A DNA stretch of 48,647 nucleotides from Eubacteriales bacterium (GCA_045594605.1 JAZNYU010000163.1:1-48647); one strand, 5' to 3'; positions 26,230 through 34,830 are shown, counted from the first letter of the stretch. The notes: generated by a model not told the origin, from the letters alone. Made by a program: numbers and translations.

Positions 26230-26298
26230 TGAAATTAACCGGGATTATAGCAATATGCAAGTTGCTTTTGCGTTGTTAATTTTAATCAGTGTTTAAAA

Positions 26299-29200
26299 TC
26301 AAGCGACGGGTTGGTAAACAACCTCGATAGCCATAACACGAACCTGCTTGCCGTTAGAACCATTCTTCACGGAGTTAAGAACTACGGAAGAACCGGAAAC
26401 AGTAATGGAGGTATTGCAGATATCGGTAGTAGTGCCATCAACATAGAGGAAAGCATAGGTGCCGGTTGCGGTAGTAATCTTAATGGAAACCAGCTCATAA
26501 CCATCTGCAACACTAATCGTAATGGTTCCTGCAGGAGAGTCGGTAGCATAAATACGAATATGGTCGCCATTGTATGCCTTACCGGTGTTGGAGCCGCCAT
26601 TGATCTTAACACTTACGTTTTCATCAAGATTGAATGTTTGCTTTGTGGTGGAGGATGTCCAACCATATTCGGTAATCAGATCTGCAACAGTCTTGCTTGC
26701 AGTAATGGTCTCTACGCCTTGAATTGCGCCGCAAGAGCAAACGCCGTTAACATAGGTATGATCAATGGGTTCGCCAACTACTGCGCCGCAAACTTTGCAT
26801 GTAGCTGCCTCGGTGCAGGTTGCTTCGGTGAAGTTCGAGCAGGTGTGTGTGCCGGTGATTTCAGCAGTTGCGCCTGCTGCAATTTGGCGAGCACCACTAT
26901 AAGTGTCCATCGAACCTACAACGGTGATAACATCGTTCAAGCTAACCTTAGTGGAAAGTCTGAAGAGGTAAAGAGAAGTGCCGTTTTCATCGGTGATGGT
27001 AACAGAGATGTTATTGTATTGATCACTCCAAGCGGTGTTGATCTTGGTGACGGTACCTGTTACACGAACCATTGTGCCATCTTCAGCTTCGAGTGCTTCA
27101 GAAATCGTGTAGTCGTAAATAACATCATAGCTTGCATCGTGACCGGTAACGGTAGCGGTTGCACCTTGTGCAATTTGTCTGTTGCCATTGTAGGTAGCCA
27201 TAGTACCTTCAATGGTAACGATATCACCAAGGGCAACGTTAGTTGCAAGTCTGTAGATGTAAAGCTCGTCGCCGTTTTCATCGATGACGGTAACAGTAAT
27301 GTTCTTGTAGGTGGTATTCCAAGCGGTGTTGATTTCGGAAACGGTACCGCTGATGGAAACCTTTTTGCCATCCACAGCTTCGAGAGCTTCGGAAATAGTC
27401 ATTTCAAAGTAGTGGTTGGGATCGTCCTTGCCGCAGGTTTCGCAAACGTAATCAACGTAACTGTGGCCGAGAGCAGCGATTTCTTCTTGCTCTACAAGGG
27501 TTTGTTCACAAACGGAGCAGTAAGAACCGTCGGTAAGACCGTCTTCGGTGCAGGTAGCTGCCTTGCCGGGAACAACAACTGTGGTGTGTCCGAAAGCAGG
27601 GATCTCAACATAGGTGGTGTAGTTGCAACGGGTGCAAGCTTCGTATGCTTCGTGACCAGCCTCGGTGCAGGTAGGAGCCTTTGCTTCGTATGTTACTTTA
27701 TCGTGGCCGAGAGCGGGAACTACTTCTTGAGCGGTAAGGATATCGCCGCAAACAGAGCACTTAACACCAGCGGTAAGACCGGTTTCGGTGCAAGTGGGAG
27801 CAACTGCGGGAATTTCTTCTTCGGTGTGACCAAGAGCGGGGATTTCTTGATAGGTGGAGAAATCGCAACGAGTGCACTTTACGTACATATTGTGGCCTGC
27901 TTCTGTGCAAGTAGGATCCTTCTTAGGATGGATCGTAGAAGTATCATGGCCGAGAGCGAGGACGATTTCCTGTTCTACGAAGATCTTGCCACAAACGGAG
28001 CAGTGCTCGCCGGCAGTAAGACCTGTCGTTGTACAAGTAGGCTCTACAGCTGCAAGAGGTGCGTGAGTGTGGTCAATAACGGGAGTTTCTTGTTGTGCTA
28101 CGAGAACTTCGCCGCAAACGGAGCAGTGCTTACCTTCGGTAAGACCTGTCTTGGTGCAGGTAGCGGGAACTGCTGCGTCAATAGCCTCTGTATGTCCGGT
28201 AGCAGGAACGGTTTGTTGTGCTACTTTACCTACGGAGCAACGAGTGCAGTGTCTACCCTCTGTAAGACCGGTTTCGGTACAGGTAGGAGCAACAGCCTCA
28301 TCAATTACGAAATCGTGACCGAGCGGGAGGATCATCTCTTTCTTTACGATGACTTCACCACAAACGGAGCAGTAGGAATGCTTGTTATAACCGGGAGTAG
28401 TACAGGTAGCAAGCTTCATCTTTACTTCAACAACGGTGTGACCAAGAGCCTCAACGGTTTCTTGTGCTACGAAAACTTCGCCACAAGCGGAGCAGTGAGA
28501 GCCTTCGGTAAGACCGGTTTCGGTACAAGTGGGAGCTACAGCTGCATCAACAACGGTGGTGTGACCGAGAGCTGCAACAACTTCCTGTTCCTTGGTGGTT
28601 ACGCCACAAACGGAGCAGTAAGCGCCTTCGGTAAGACCGGCTTCGGTGCAGGTGGGAGCTACGGCGTCAACAACAACGTTGGTGTGGCCGTTTGCAGGAA
28701 TGGTTTGGGGAGCTGCAAGAACCTTGCCACAGTCAAGGCAGTATTCGCCTGCGGTAACACCTTCGGTGGTGCAGGTGGGTTCTACTGCTACAACGGTGTA
28801 GGTAGTGTGGCCGTGAGCCTTAACGGGGGTTTGTGCGATGATAACAGTCTCGCAAACAGAGCAGTGAACGCCTTCGCTGAGACCGTCTTCGGTGCAGGTG
28901 GGCTCTACGGGAGCGTCAACAACGACGGTGTGGCCGAGAGCGGGAACCTTTTCTTGTGCAAGCAGAGTCTTGTTGCAAACCGAGCAGTGAACGCCTGCAG
29001 TCAGGCCCTTTTCGGTGCAAGTGGGAGCTACAGCTGCATCAACAGCCTCGGTGTGGCCGAGTGCTTCGATTACTTCTTGTGCTACGAGAACTTCTTTGCA
29101 CCTGGAGCAATGTTGGCCTTCGGTACGACCGGATTTTGTACAAGTGGGAGCAATTGCTTCATCAACCACAGGAATGTGGCTGCATTTCAGCGGGTTGTTT

Positions 29201-29322
29201 CCTTCGGGACCCCAGATGCTGACGGGGGGGATATCTTCAAAGAGGATATCGCACGATGCCAGTGTCAGCAGAATCAGTGCCGTAAGGGATGCCAAAACGA
29301 GTAATTTGAGAATCTTTTTCAT
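26299..29322 (-). CDS. 1007-aa surface lipoprotein: 14 x 41-aa His/Cys modules, two OB-fold-like domains, one short Cys module, unassigned C-terminal domain
   Basis: RBS GGAGGG. Lipobox LLTLAS-C. Modules such as HTEAVDAAVAPTCTEKGLTAGVHCSVCNKTLLAQEKVPALG. Duplicated segment TISEALEA.DG..V...GTV..INTAW...Y.NI.VT..DENG..LY..RL.T.V.L.D..T..G.M.TY.G.RQIA.GATA. Confidence 0.85.
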   Translation of the reverse strand: MKKILKLLVLASLTALILLTLASCDILFEDIPPVSIWGPEGNNPLKCSHIPVVDEAIAPTCTKSGRTEGQHCSRCKEVLVAQEVIEALGHTEAVDAAVAPTCTEKGLTAGVHCSVCNKTLLAQEKVPALGHTVVVDAPVEPTCTEDGLSEGVHCSVCETVIIAQTPVKAHGHTTYTVVAVEPTCTTEGVTAGEYCLDCGKVLAAPQTIPANGHTNVVVDAVAPTCTEAGLTEGAYCSVCGVTTKEQEVVAALGHTTVVDAAVAPTCTETGLTEGSHCSACGEVFVAQETVEALGHTVVEVKMKLATCTTPGYNKHSYCSVCGEVIVKKEMILPLGHDFVIDEAVAPTCTETGLTEGRHCTRCSVGKVAQQTVPATGHTEAIDAAVPATCTKTGLTEGKHCSVCGEVLVAQQETPVIDHTHAPLAAVEPTCTTTGLTAGEHCSVCGKIFVEQEIVLALGHDTSTIHPKKDPTCTEAGHNMYVKCTRCDFSTYQEIPALGHTEEEIPAVAPTCTETGLTAGVKCSVCGDILTAQEVVPALGHDKVTYEAKAPTCTEAGHEAYEACTRCNYTTYVEIPAFGHTTVVVPGKAATCTEDGLTDGSYCSVCEQTLVEQEEIAALGHSYVDYVCETCGKDDPNHYFEMTISEALEAVDGKKVSISGTVSEINTAWNTTYKNITVTVIDENGDELYIYRLATNVALGDIVTIEGTMATYNGNRQIAQGATATVTGHDASYDVIYDYTISEALEAEDGTMVRVTGTVTKINTAWSDQYNNISVTITDENGTSLYLFRLSTKVSLNDVITVVGSMDTYSGARQIAAGATAEITGTHTCSNFTEATCTEAATCKVCGAVVGEPIDHTYVNGVCSCGAIQGVETITASKTVADLITEYGWTSSTTKQTFNLDENVSVKINGGSNTGKAYNGDHIRIYATDSPAGTITISVADGYELVSIKITTATGTYAFLYVDGTTTDICNTSITVSGSSVVLNSVKNGSNGKQVRVMAIEVVYQPVA
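27463..29178 (-). repeat. 14 tandem His/Cys modules (12 of exactly 41 aa / 123 bp, one of 40 and one of 39 aa)
   Basis: Module residues are H1, C13, C24, C27 and G41, counted by hand from His49 to His620. The boundary codons CAC at 29176-29178 and 27463-27465 were verified on the sequence. Confidence 0.85.
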
Positions 29323-29392
29323 TTTTCACCCTCCAGAAAATGAATATGTTATTTCCGAATATTCCCTCGATAGGTTTTATTCGACAATTACA

Positions 29393-29421
29393 AGTATACC
29401 ACTTTTTTCCCCTTTTGTAAA
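29393..29421 (-). promoter_or_regulatory. Probable promoter of the 1007-aa lipoprotein gene
   Basis: On the minus strand: TTTACA, 17-nt spacer, TGg-TATACT. The -35 overlaps the small palindrome CCCCTTTTGTAAAGGGG. Confidence 0.55.
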
Positions 29422-29538
29422 GGGGTTTTTAGACATTTTTTAGATATTTTTAATTAATGGGGTATATCCAATGAATTATTTAATATATAAAATGACCAAA
29501 AACTGTAAAAAACAGGGGTTTTTATGTAAGAAATCCCC

Positions 29539-29567
29539 TTGACTCGCGTGTGCGGGTGTGGTAAAAT
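29539..29567 (+). promoter_or_regulatory. Probable promoter of the amidohydrolase gene
   Basis: TTGACT (29539-29544), 17-nt spacer, TAAAAT (29562-29567). Confidence 0.6.
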
Positions 29568-29605
29568 AAGGATAAGATCAAGTCTTGGAAAGGCGGAAGA
29601 AGCGT

Positions 29606-30757
29606 ATGTTACTGATCAAAAACGGAAAAATCAAAACCATGGTATCTCCCGATCTGGAGAATGGATGCGTCCTGATTGGAGATGACGGAAAGATCCTGTC
29701 GGTTGCCCAAAGCATTGAAGAGAATGAGAATATGACCGTGATAGATGCGGGCGGACGTCTTGTTACTCCCGGCTGCGTTGAGGCGCACTGTCACATTGGT
29801 GTGCACAATTCGGCTATGCGTTGGGAGGGTATGGATTACAATGAACGTTCTGATCCCATCACGCCACATATGCGTGCCATCGATGGCATCAACCCCATGG
29901 ACGAGACCTTTGGTCTTGCCGTCAAGCACGGTGTCACCTCTGCCTGCACGGGTCCCGGCAGTGCAAACGTGGTTGGTGGAACCTTTGCCGCCATCAAGCT
30001 GGTGGGCAAGCGCGTGGACGATATGATCATCAAAAACCCCGTTGCTATGAAATGCGCGTTTGGTGAAAACCCCAAGGGCGCGTTTGGTCAGATGGGCGGC
30101 AAAGCACCCGTCACGCGTATGGCGACTGCCGCAATGCTGCGCGAGCTTTTGATGAAATCCCGCAACTATCTCGCCGCAAAAGAGGAGGGAAAAGAGCCTC
30201 CGTTTGATATGAAGCTTGAGGCGATGATCCCCGTTATCAAAAAAGAGATCCCGCTCAAGGCGCATGCGCACCGCGCCGACGATATTTTTACATCCATTCG
30301 CATTGCAAAGGAATTTGACGTTGCTCTCACCCTTGACCACTGCACCGACGGCGCCCTGATCGCCGACGAGCTTGCCAAAGAGGGATACCCTGCATTTGTT
30401 GGTCCGTCCTTTGGCAATAAGAGCAAGATCGAATTGATGAATAAGGATTTTACCACCCCTGCCGCACTGCACGCCGCAGGCGTACCCGTCAGCATCATCA
30501 CCGATGCTCCCGTTATTCCTCTTGAGCACCTGCCTATGTGCGCAGGCTTTGCCATGAGTGCGGGATTGCCATATGAGGAGGCTTGGCGCGCGATCACCGT
30601 CAACCCCGCTACGCAAACGGGAATTGGCGACCGCGTGGGTAGTCTTGAGGTTGGCAAGGATGGCGACGTCGTGATCTGGAACAGCGATCCCTTGGTGGAG
30701 ATCGGCACGACGGCATACGTCACGGTTGTGGACGGCAAAATCGTTTACCAAGCGTAA
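29606..30757 (+). CDS. Metal-dependent amidohydrolase family protein
   Basis: ATG 29606 preferred over the track TTG 29585. HxH motif GCVEAHCHIG. C-terminal GSLEVGKDGDVVIW is typical of the amidohydrolase superfamily. Confidence 0.75.
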   Translation: MLLIKNGKIKTMVSPDLENGCVLIGDDGKILSVAQSIEENENMTVIDAGGRLVTPGCVEAHCHIGVHNSAMRWEGMDYNERSDPITPHMRAIDGINPMDETFGLAVKHGVTSACTGPGSANVVGGTFAAIKLVGKRVDDMIIKNPVAMKCAFGENPKGAFGQMGGKAPVTRMATAAMLRELLMKSRNYLAAKEEGKEPPFDMKLEAMIPVIKKEIPLKAHAHRADDIFTSIRIAKEFDVALTLDHCTDGALIADELAKEGYPAFVGPSFGNKSKIELMNKDFTTPAALHAAGVPVSIITDAPVIPLEHLPMCAGFAMSAGLPYEEAWRAITVNPATQTGIGDRVGSLEVGKDGDVVIWNSDPLVEIGTTAYVTVVDGKIVYQA

Positions 30758-30786
30758 AGAGAAGAATTTTCATCACGTGTTCAAAA

Positions 30787-30827
30787 AAGAACCGCTCGTT
30801 TTTGAGCGGTTCTTTTGTCTTTTTTTC
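30787..30827 (+). terminator. Rho-independent terminator
   Basis: AAGAACCGCTC-GTTTTT-GAGCGGTTCTT followed by TTGTCTTTTTTT. Confidence 0.85.
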
Positions 30828-30875
30828 TAAAAACGCGTTTTTGATGTGAAATTCGTGGCGGAACGCATTTTGTTC

Positions 30876-30904
30876 TTGACATTTTATCAATAGTATGGTA
30901 AAAT
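30876..30904 (+). promoter_or_regulatory. Sigma-A promoter for the MATE transporter gene
   Basis: TTGACA (30876-30881), 17-nt spacer, TGg-TAAAAT (30899-30904). Confidence 0.7.
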
Positions 30905-30976
30905 GGTGTTCGGCCGTTTGACCAAACGGCAAAATGACGTAAAAATAAATTGTTTGAAAATAGAAAAGGCAGATTC

Positions 30977-32377
30977 ATGAACAACAAAAAAGAAACACTT
31001 TCGCTCGGCGAGGGGAACATCAACCGACTGATGCTGCGGTTCTCCATCCCGTGCATTATGTCCCAGCTGATCAGCTCGCTTTACAACATCGTTGACCAGA
31101 TCTTTATCGGCAACAGTGAGCTCAGCACACTCGGAAACGCAGCAACGGGTGTCGTTTTTCCCGTTTTTATCATTGCACAAGCATTCGCTTGGTGCTTTGG
31201 TGACGGCAGCGCAGCGTATTTGAATATCGTGCAGGGTAGAAAGGATGACGGAGAAGCGCACAAGGCGCTTGGCGGCAGCATTACCGCGGCATTCCTTTCG
31301 GGACTGTTGATGATGGCGATCATCTATCCCATCAAGGTGCCGCTTTTGACCTTGTTCGGCGCGACCGAGAACACGCTGGCGTATTCCATCGAATACCTTG
31401 ACATCATTCTTGCTATGATCCCCATTTATATTCTGTGCAACATGATGAACTCGATCATTCGTGCCGACGGCAGCCCCACGTGGGCAATGCTTTCCATGCT
31501 TTTGGGAGCAGTGACGAACATTATCCTTGACCCCGTATTCATTTTTGGCTTGGATATGGGTATGACGGGTGCGGCTCTTGCCACCGTGATCGGTCAGGGG
31601 CTTACCTTTGTAACAACCGTTATTTATTTCTTTAGAACAAAGACCTTTAAGCTCACCCTGAAAAGCTTTATCCCCCGTCCCCGTTCGGTCGGCATCATCG
31701 CAGGCCTCGGTGTTTCCACCTTTATCACACAGCTGGCGATCGTTCTTGTGGCAATTCTTTGCAATATGCAGTTTGCCAGATACGGTGGACTTTCGGAGTA
31801 CGGTGTGGATATTCCCATTGCTATTATCGGCATCCAGAGCAAAATTTTTACACTGGTGCTCAATCTGGTGGTTGGCGTGGTGCTTGGCTGTCAGCCCATC
31901 ATCAGCTACAATATGGGAGCGAGAAACTACGACAGAGTGCGCGAGCTTTACAAAAAGATCATGGTCTTCACCCTATCGGTCGGTGTTCTGTTTACCTTGC
32001 TCTTTGAGCTTTTCCCCAATTTCCTCATCGGGCTTTTTGGCGTGCCCAGCAACATCCCCAACCCCGAGTCTTATTGGAAGTTTGGCGAAAAGACGATGCG
32101 CATCTTCCTCTCTCTTGTCAGCATCAGCTGCGTGATCAAGATGAACTCCATCTTCTTTCAAGCGGTGGGCAAGCCTGCCTACGCGGTGGTGTCCTCGACT
32201 GTGCGCGACGTCTTCTGCTTTGCGCCCCTGATGTTGATCTTGCCGCTTATTTCTCCCAACGTGGAGCTGCTTTTGTACGCAGCCCCCATCTCCGATGTGA
32301 TCGCTATGATCATTACGGCAGGGATGTCGATCGCATTCTTGCGCTCCCTGAGAAGAGCCGAAAACAACCTGAAATGA
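30977..32377 (+). CDS. MATE family efflux transporter
   Basis: ATG 30977 (AAAAGG upstream) preferred over TTG 30950. N-terminus RLMLRFSIPCIMSQLISSLYNIVDQIFIG is typical of MATE. About 12 hydrophobic segments. Confidence 0.85.
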   Translation: MNNKKETLSLGEGNINRLMLRFSIPCIMSQLISSLYNIVDQIFIGNSELSTLGNAATGVVFPVFIIAQAFAWCFGDGSAAYLNIVQGRKDDGEAHKALGGSITAAFLSGLLMMAIIYPIKVPLLTLFGATENTLAYSIEYLDIILAMIPIYILCNMMNSIIRADGSPTWAMLSMLLGAVTNIILDPVFIFGLDMGMTGAALATVIGQGLTFVTTVIYFFRTKTFKLTLKSFIPRPRSVGIIAGLGVSTFITQLAIVLVAILCNMQFARYGGLSEYGVDIPIAIIGIQSKIFTLVLNLVVGVVLGCQPIISYNMGARNYDRVRELYKKIMVFTLSVGVLFTLLFELFPNFLIGLFGVPSNIPNPESYWKFGEKTMRIFLSLVSISCVIKMNSIFFQAVGKPAYAVVSSTVRDVFCFAPLMLILPLISPNVELLLYAAPISDVIAMIITAGMSIAFLRSLRRAENNLK

Positions 32378-32380
32378 CCA

Positions 32381-32414
32381 AAAGGAACCTATCCCGATAG
32401 GTTCCTTTTCTGTT
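32381..32414 (+). terminator. Rho-independent terminator
   Basis: GGAACCTAT-CCCG-ATAGGTTCC followed by TTTTCTGTT. Confidence 0.8.
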
Positions 32415-32492
32415 GCCGTTCTATTGACACGTCGCTTTGTTTGTGCTATAATAATGTCATCAAAAATCCTGTGGAGTTTGGAGGAATAAAAT

Positions 32493-33263
32493 ATGAAGAC
32501 CTTGTTGATATTGGTTGACGGTATGCGCCCCGATGCGCTGGCAAACTGCCAAGCGGCGCAAGAGGTCATGGCAAATGCTGTTTACACCCTTAACGCCAAA
32601 ACGGTTATGCCATCGGTGACGCTTCCTTGTCATATGTCGCTCTTTTTTAGCATGATGCCCGAGCACCATGGTACACAAAGCAATACCTACACACAACCAA
32701 AGCATCCTCTTTTGAGTCTTTTTGATGTGCTTGCCATTGAGAAAAAGAAGACCGCATCCTTTTATAGCTGGGGTCAGCTGCGCGACCTTTGTCACCCCGC
32801 GTCTCTGGATTACTCCTTGCTCATCAAGGGCGGCAATTACGGATATGACGTAGCAAACGATCGTCTGACCGATGCCGCCATTGCATACATCAACGAAAAC
32901 GATCCCGACCTCACCTTCCTCTATCTCGGTTACACCGACGAGGCAGGGCACGCACACGGCTGGATGAGCGAGGAATATATGCAATCGCTTGACAACAGCT
33001 GGAAAAACATTGCGCGCGCTATGGAAGCCATTCCAAAGGATTACGCCGTCATCATTACCGCCGACCACGGCGGACACGATCACACGCACGGAACGGAAAT
33101 GCCCGAGGATATGACCATCCCGCTCGTTTTTGCGGGTGCGGAGCGCGAGCTTGTCGGCGAGCTTGAGGAAGTCAGCATTATGGATATCGCTCCCACGATT
33201 GCGGCTCTTGCAGGAAGCGCCCCCAATGCCGATTGGGAAGGAAAGAGCCTTTTGAAAAAATAA
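32493..33263 (+). CDS. Alkaline phosphatase-superfamily phosphodiesterase / nucleotide pyrophosphatase-like protein
   Basis: ILVDGMRPDAL, YLGYTDEAGHAHGW and IITADHGGHDHTHG metal-ligand motifs. Confidence 0.7.
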   Translation: MKTLLILVDGMRPDALANCQAAQEVMANAVYTLNAKTVMPSVTLPCHMSLFFSMMPEHHGTQSNTYTQPKHPLLSLFDVLAIEKKKTASFYSWGQLRDLCHPASLDYSLLIKGGNYGYDVANDRLTDAAIAYINENDPDLTFLYLGYTDEAGHAHGWMSEEYMQSLDNSWKNIARAMEAIPKDYAVIITADHGGHDHTHGTEMPEDMTIPLVFAGAERELVGELEEVSIMDIAPTIAALAGSAPNADWEGKSLLKK

Positions 33264-33274
33264 GGATAGAATAA

Positions 33275-33308
33275 GGGGACAGAGCCAAGCGGTTCTGTCC
33301 CTTTTTTG
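33275..33308 (+). terminator. Rho-independent terminator
   Basis: GGGACAGA-10 nt-TCTGTCCC followed by TTTTTTG. Confidence 0.8.
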
Positions 33309-33345
33309 TCATTGTTTTTCTCCTTCCAAATTTTTTATCAGAGCC

Positions 33346-33374
33346 TTGACAAATAGATTTTGATATGATACAAT
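33346..33374 (+). promoter_or_regulatory. Sigma-A promoter for the small membrane protein gene
   Basis: TTGACA (33346-33351), 17-nt spacer, TACAAT (33369-33374). This places the track start ATG 33373 inside the -10 element. Confidence 0.65.
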
Positions 33375-33423
33375 GATTGTGTACGCCCTTGCGTGCATTA
33401 TTTTTGGAAAGGGGATTTTGGGT

Positions 33424-33720
33424 ATGTCGAGATTTACAGGCGGTTTTTGGGGGTACCTTGGCAGATGCATTCTGTTCTCTCTTTTGAGTGCAATCACTTT
33501 GGGTATCGCTGCTCCCTTCTGCGCTTGCAGAATGCTGAAGTGGCAAAAGAGACACACCTACATCAACGGTTACAGACTGGCATTTGATGGCAACGGATTC
33601 CAGCTTTGGGGTCGCATCCTGCTTTGGCTTCTGTTGACGGTTGTTACGGTTGGTCTTTACTCCTTCTATCTTCCCATCGCATGGGAAAAGTGGGTTACCA
33701 AGCACACCTACATTGGCTGA
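33424..33720 (+). CDS. Small two-TM membrane protein, DUF898/YjgN-like
   Basis: AAGGGGA RBS 8 nt before ATG 33424. Two hydrophobic helices flank KWQKRHTYINGYRLAFDGNG. The family call is from memory only. Confidence 0.5.
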   Translation: MSRFTGGFWGYLGRCILFSLLSAITLGIAAPFCACRMLKWQKRHTYINGYRLAFDGNGFQLWGRILLWLLLTVVTVGLYSFYLPIAWEKWVTKHTYIG

Positions 33721-33737
33721 TTCATAAAGTGCAAAAG

Positions 33738-33779
33738 CACACCGACGCATCTGTTTTGCAGGGCGTCGGTGTGTTTTTT
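33738..33779. terminator. Bidirectional terminator between convergent genes
   Basis: CACACCGACGC-14 nt-GCGTCGGTGTG followed by TTTTTT on the + strand. It overlaps the AraC stop codon. Confidence 0.75.
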
Positions 33780-34662
33780 ACTGTTTTTCCTGCCTGCTTA
33801 CAGTTTGCTGCAGGCTTTGATAAGGCGTTTTGCCTGTGATGCTTTTATAAACGCTGATAAAGTAGGAAATGCTGTTATATCCACAACGGGTCGCTGCCTC
33901 GCTGACCGATATGCCGCCGCGGCAGAGCAGCTTTTCTGCCTGATTGACGCGCATACGGTTGAGATATTGCTTAAAGGTCATGCCCGTTACGCGGCGAAAG
34001 CTGCGCGAAAAATAACTGTAGCTCATTCCAAGACTGCGCGCCAGCTCACGCTCATCCATATCCTCGGCGTAGTGATTGCGCACAAAGACCATCGTATTAT
34101 AAATGAGGGCTGCCGTTTGGTTGTGCGGCGTTTTTTCGTCAGCAGGGGAGTCACTGCGCAAGATCTCGACCAAAAGCTCCATGATTTTGAGCTTTGTTGC
34201 CACGCCCGAGGCGTACTTTTTCCCCTCGTGCTCCCCAATCAGGGATTGCAGGGCAGAGAAGAGAGGCGTGCCCTCCAGCTCCTCTTTTGTCCAGATGCAC
34301 TTGCTTCCCTTGCGGTTGACGGCAAAGCGCATCACGTACTCCGCGCCCTCCTCCTGGGTGGAGAACTGCAAGAAGAACGCGGGGGAGATCTTAATAACGT
34401 AATATTCATTCCGGGGCAAATTTTTTGTGAAAACGTGGTGAATGGCATTGGAGCAAAAAAGCACCAGATCCCCCTCGCCGATCTCGTATTCCACACCGTC
34501 CAAAAGCAGGGAATAGGAGCCGCTTTTGACGTATAACAGCTCAACGGCTTTGTGGACGTGTGCCGCGCAGGCGATATTTTCGGGCGGCGTTGCTTGCAAA
34601 AAGAATTCGGTTCCGTCGCCAACGATCTGCGGCAACTCTACGTGAAAATCGTTTATTTGCAT
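33778..34662 (-). CDS. AraC family transcriptional regulator (cupin sensor + AraC HTH)
   Basis: Start at ATG 34662 (GAGGA RBS) preferred over 34731. HTH segment ELARSLGMSYSYFSRSFRRVTGMTFKQYLNRMRVNQAEKLL...GYNSISYFISVYKSITGKTP. Confidence 0.85.
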   Translation of the reverse strand: MQINDFHVELPQIVGDGTEFFLQATPPENIACAAHVHKAVELLYVKSGSYSLLLDGVEYEIGEGDLVLFCSNAIHHVFTKNLPRNEYYVIKISPAFFLQFSTQEEGAEYVMRFAVNRKGSKCIWTKEELEGTPLFSALQSLIGEHEGKKYASGVATKLKIMELLVEILRSDSPADEKTPHNQTAALIYNTMVFVRNHYAEDMDERELARSLGMSYSYFSRSFRRVTGMTFKQYLNRMRVNQAEKLLCRGGISVSEAATRCGYNSISYFISVYKSITGKTPYQSLQQTVSRQEKQ

Positions 34663-34830
34663 ACTGTGTTTTCCTCGCAGGACAAATTTGTTATATTTTT
34701 TGGCAATTCTATTATAGCATTCTTTTTTCAAAAAGTCTATAATAAAATCAGAAATTGTGAGATTTTTTTGTATAAACGCCCCACGCGCGTGCGGCGTGAC
34801 CTAAAAAACAGAAAAAAAGGAGAAAAAATC

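Noticed and set aside
12702-29322. Cys-module variability as the target of a diversity-generating retroelement or phase-variable shufflon.
   Set aside because: I saw no reverse transcriptase, template repeat, recombinase or inverted-repeat-flanked invertible segment anywhere in the window. Module differences are spread over all non-Cys/His positions rather than focused on adenine-templated sites.
29352-29366. The motif CGAATATTC in the 5' region of the 1007-aa lipoprotein gene matches the core of the GCGAATATTCGC palindrome in the LuxR leader (10852-10863). It could be a shared operator.
   Set aside because: A 9-mer match is expected by chance at about 0.4 occurrences in 97 kb of two-strand sequence. 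I found it upstream of none of the other Cys-repeat genes. It is not enough to claim a regulon.
29410-29431. The small palindrome CCCCTTTTGTAAAGGGG followed by TTTTT read as a + strand terminator.
   Set aside because: No + strand gene ends upstream of it, since the preceding gene is on the minus strand. It overlaps the predicted -35 of the minus-strand promoter.
34552-34830. N-terminal extensions suggested by the ORF track. Examples are 34552 for the oxidoreductase, 39750-39890 for comM, 41890-42039 for the HAD gene, 43242-43352 for the 77-aa ORF, 33373 for the membrane protein, 48327-48398 for AraC and 3237 for the glycosidase.
   Set aside because: In each case an internal ATG is preceded by a good GGAGG-type RBS and begins the recognisable domain or signal peptide. 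The extension overlaps promoters, terminators or the neighbouring gene and has no RBS.
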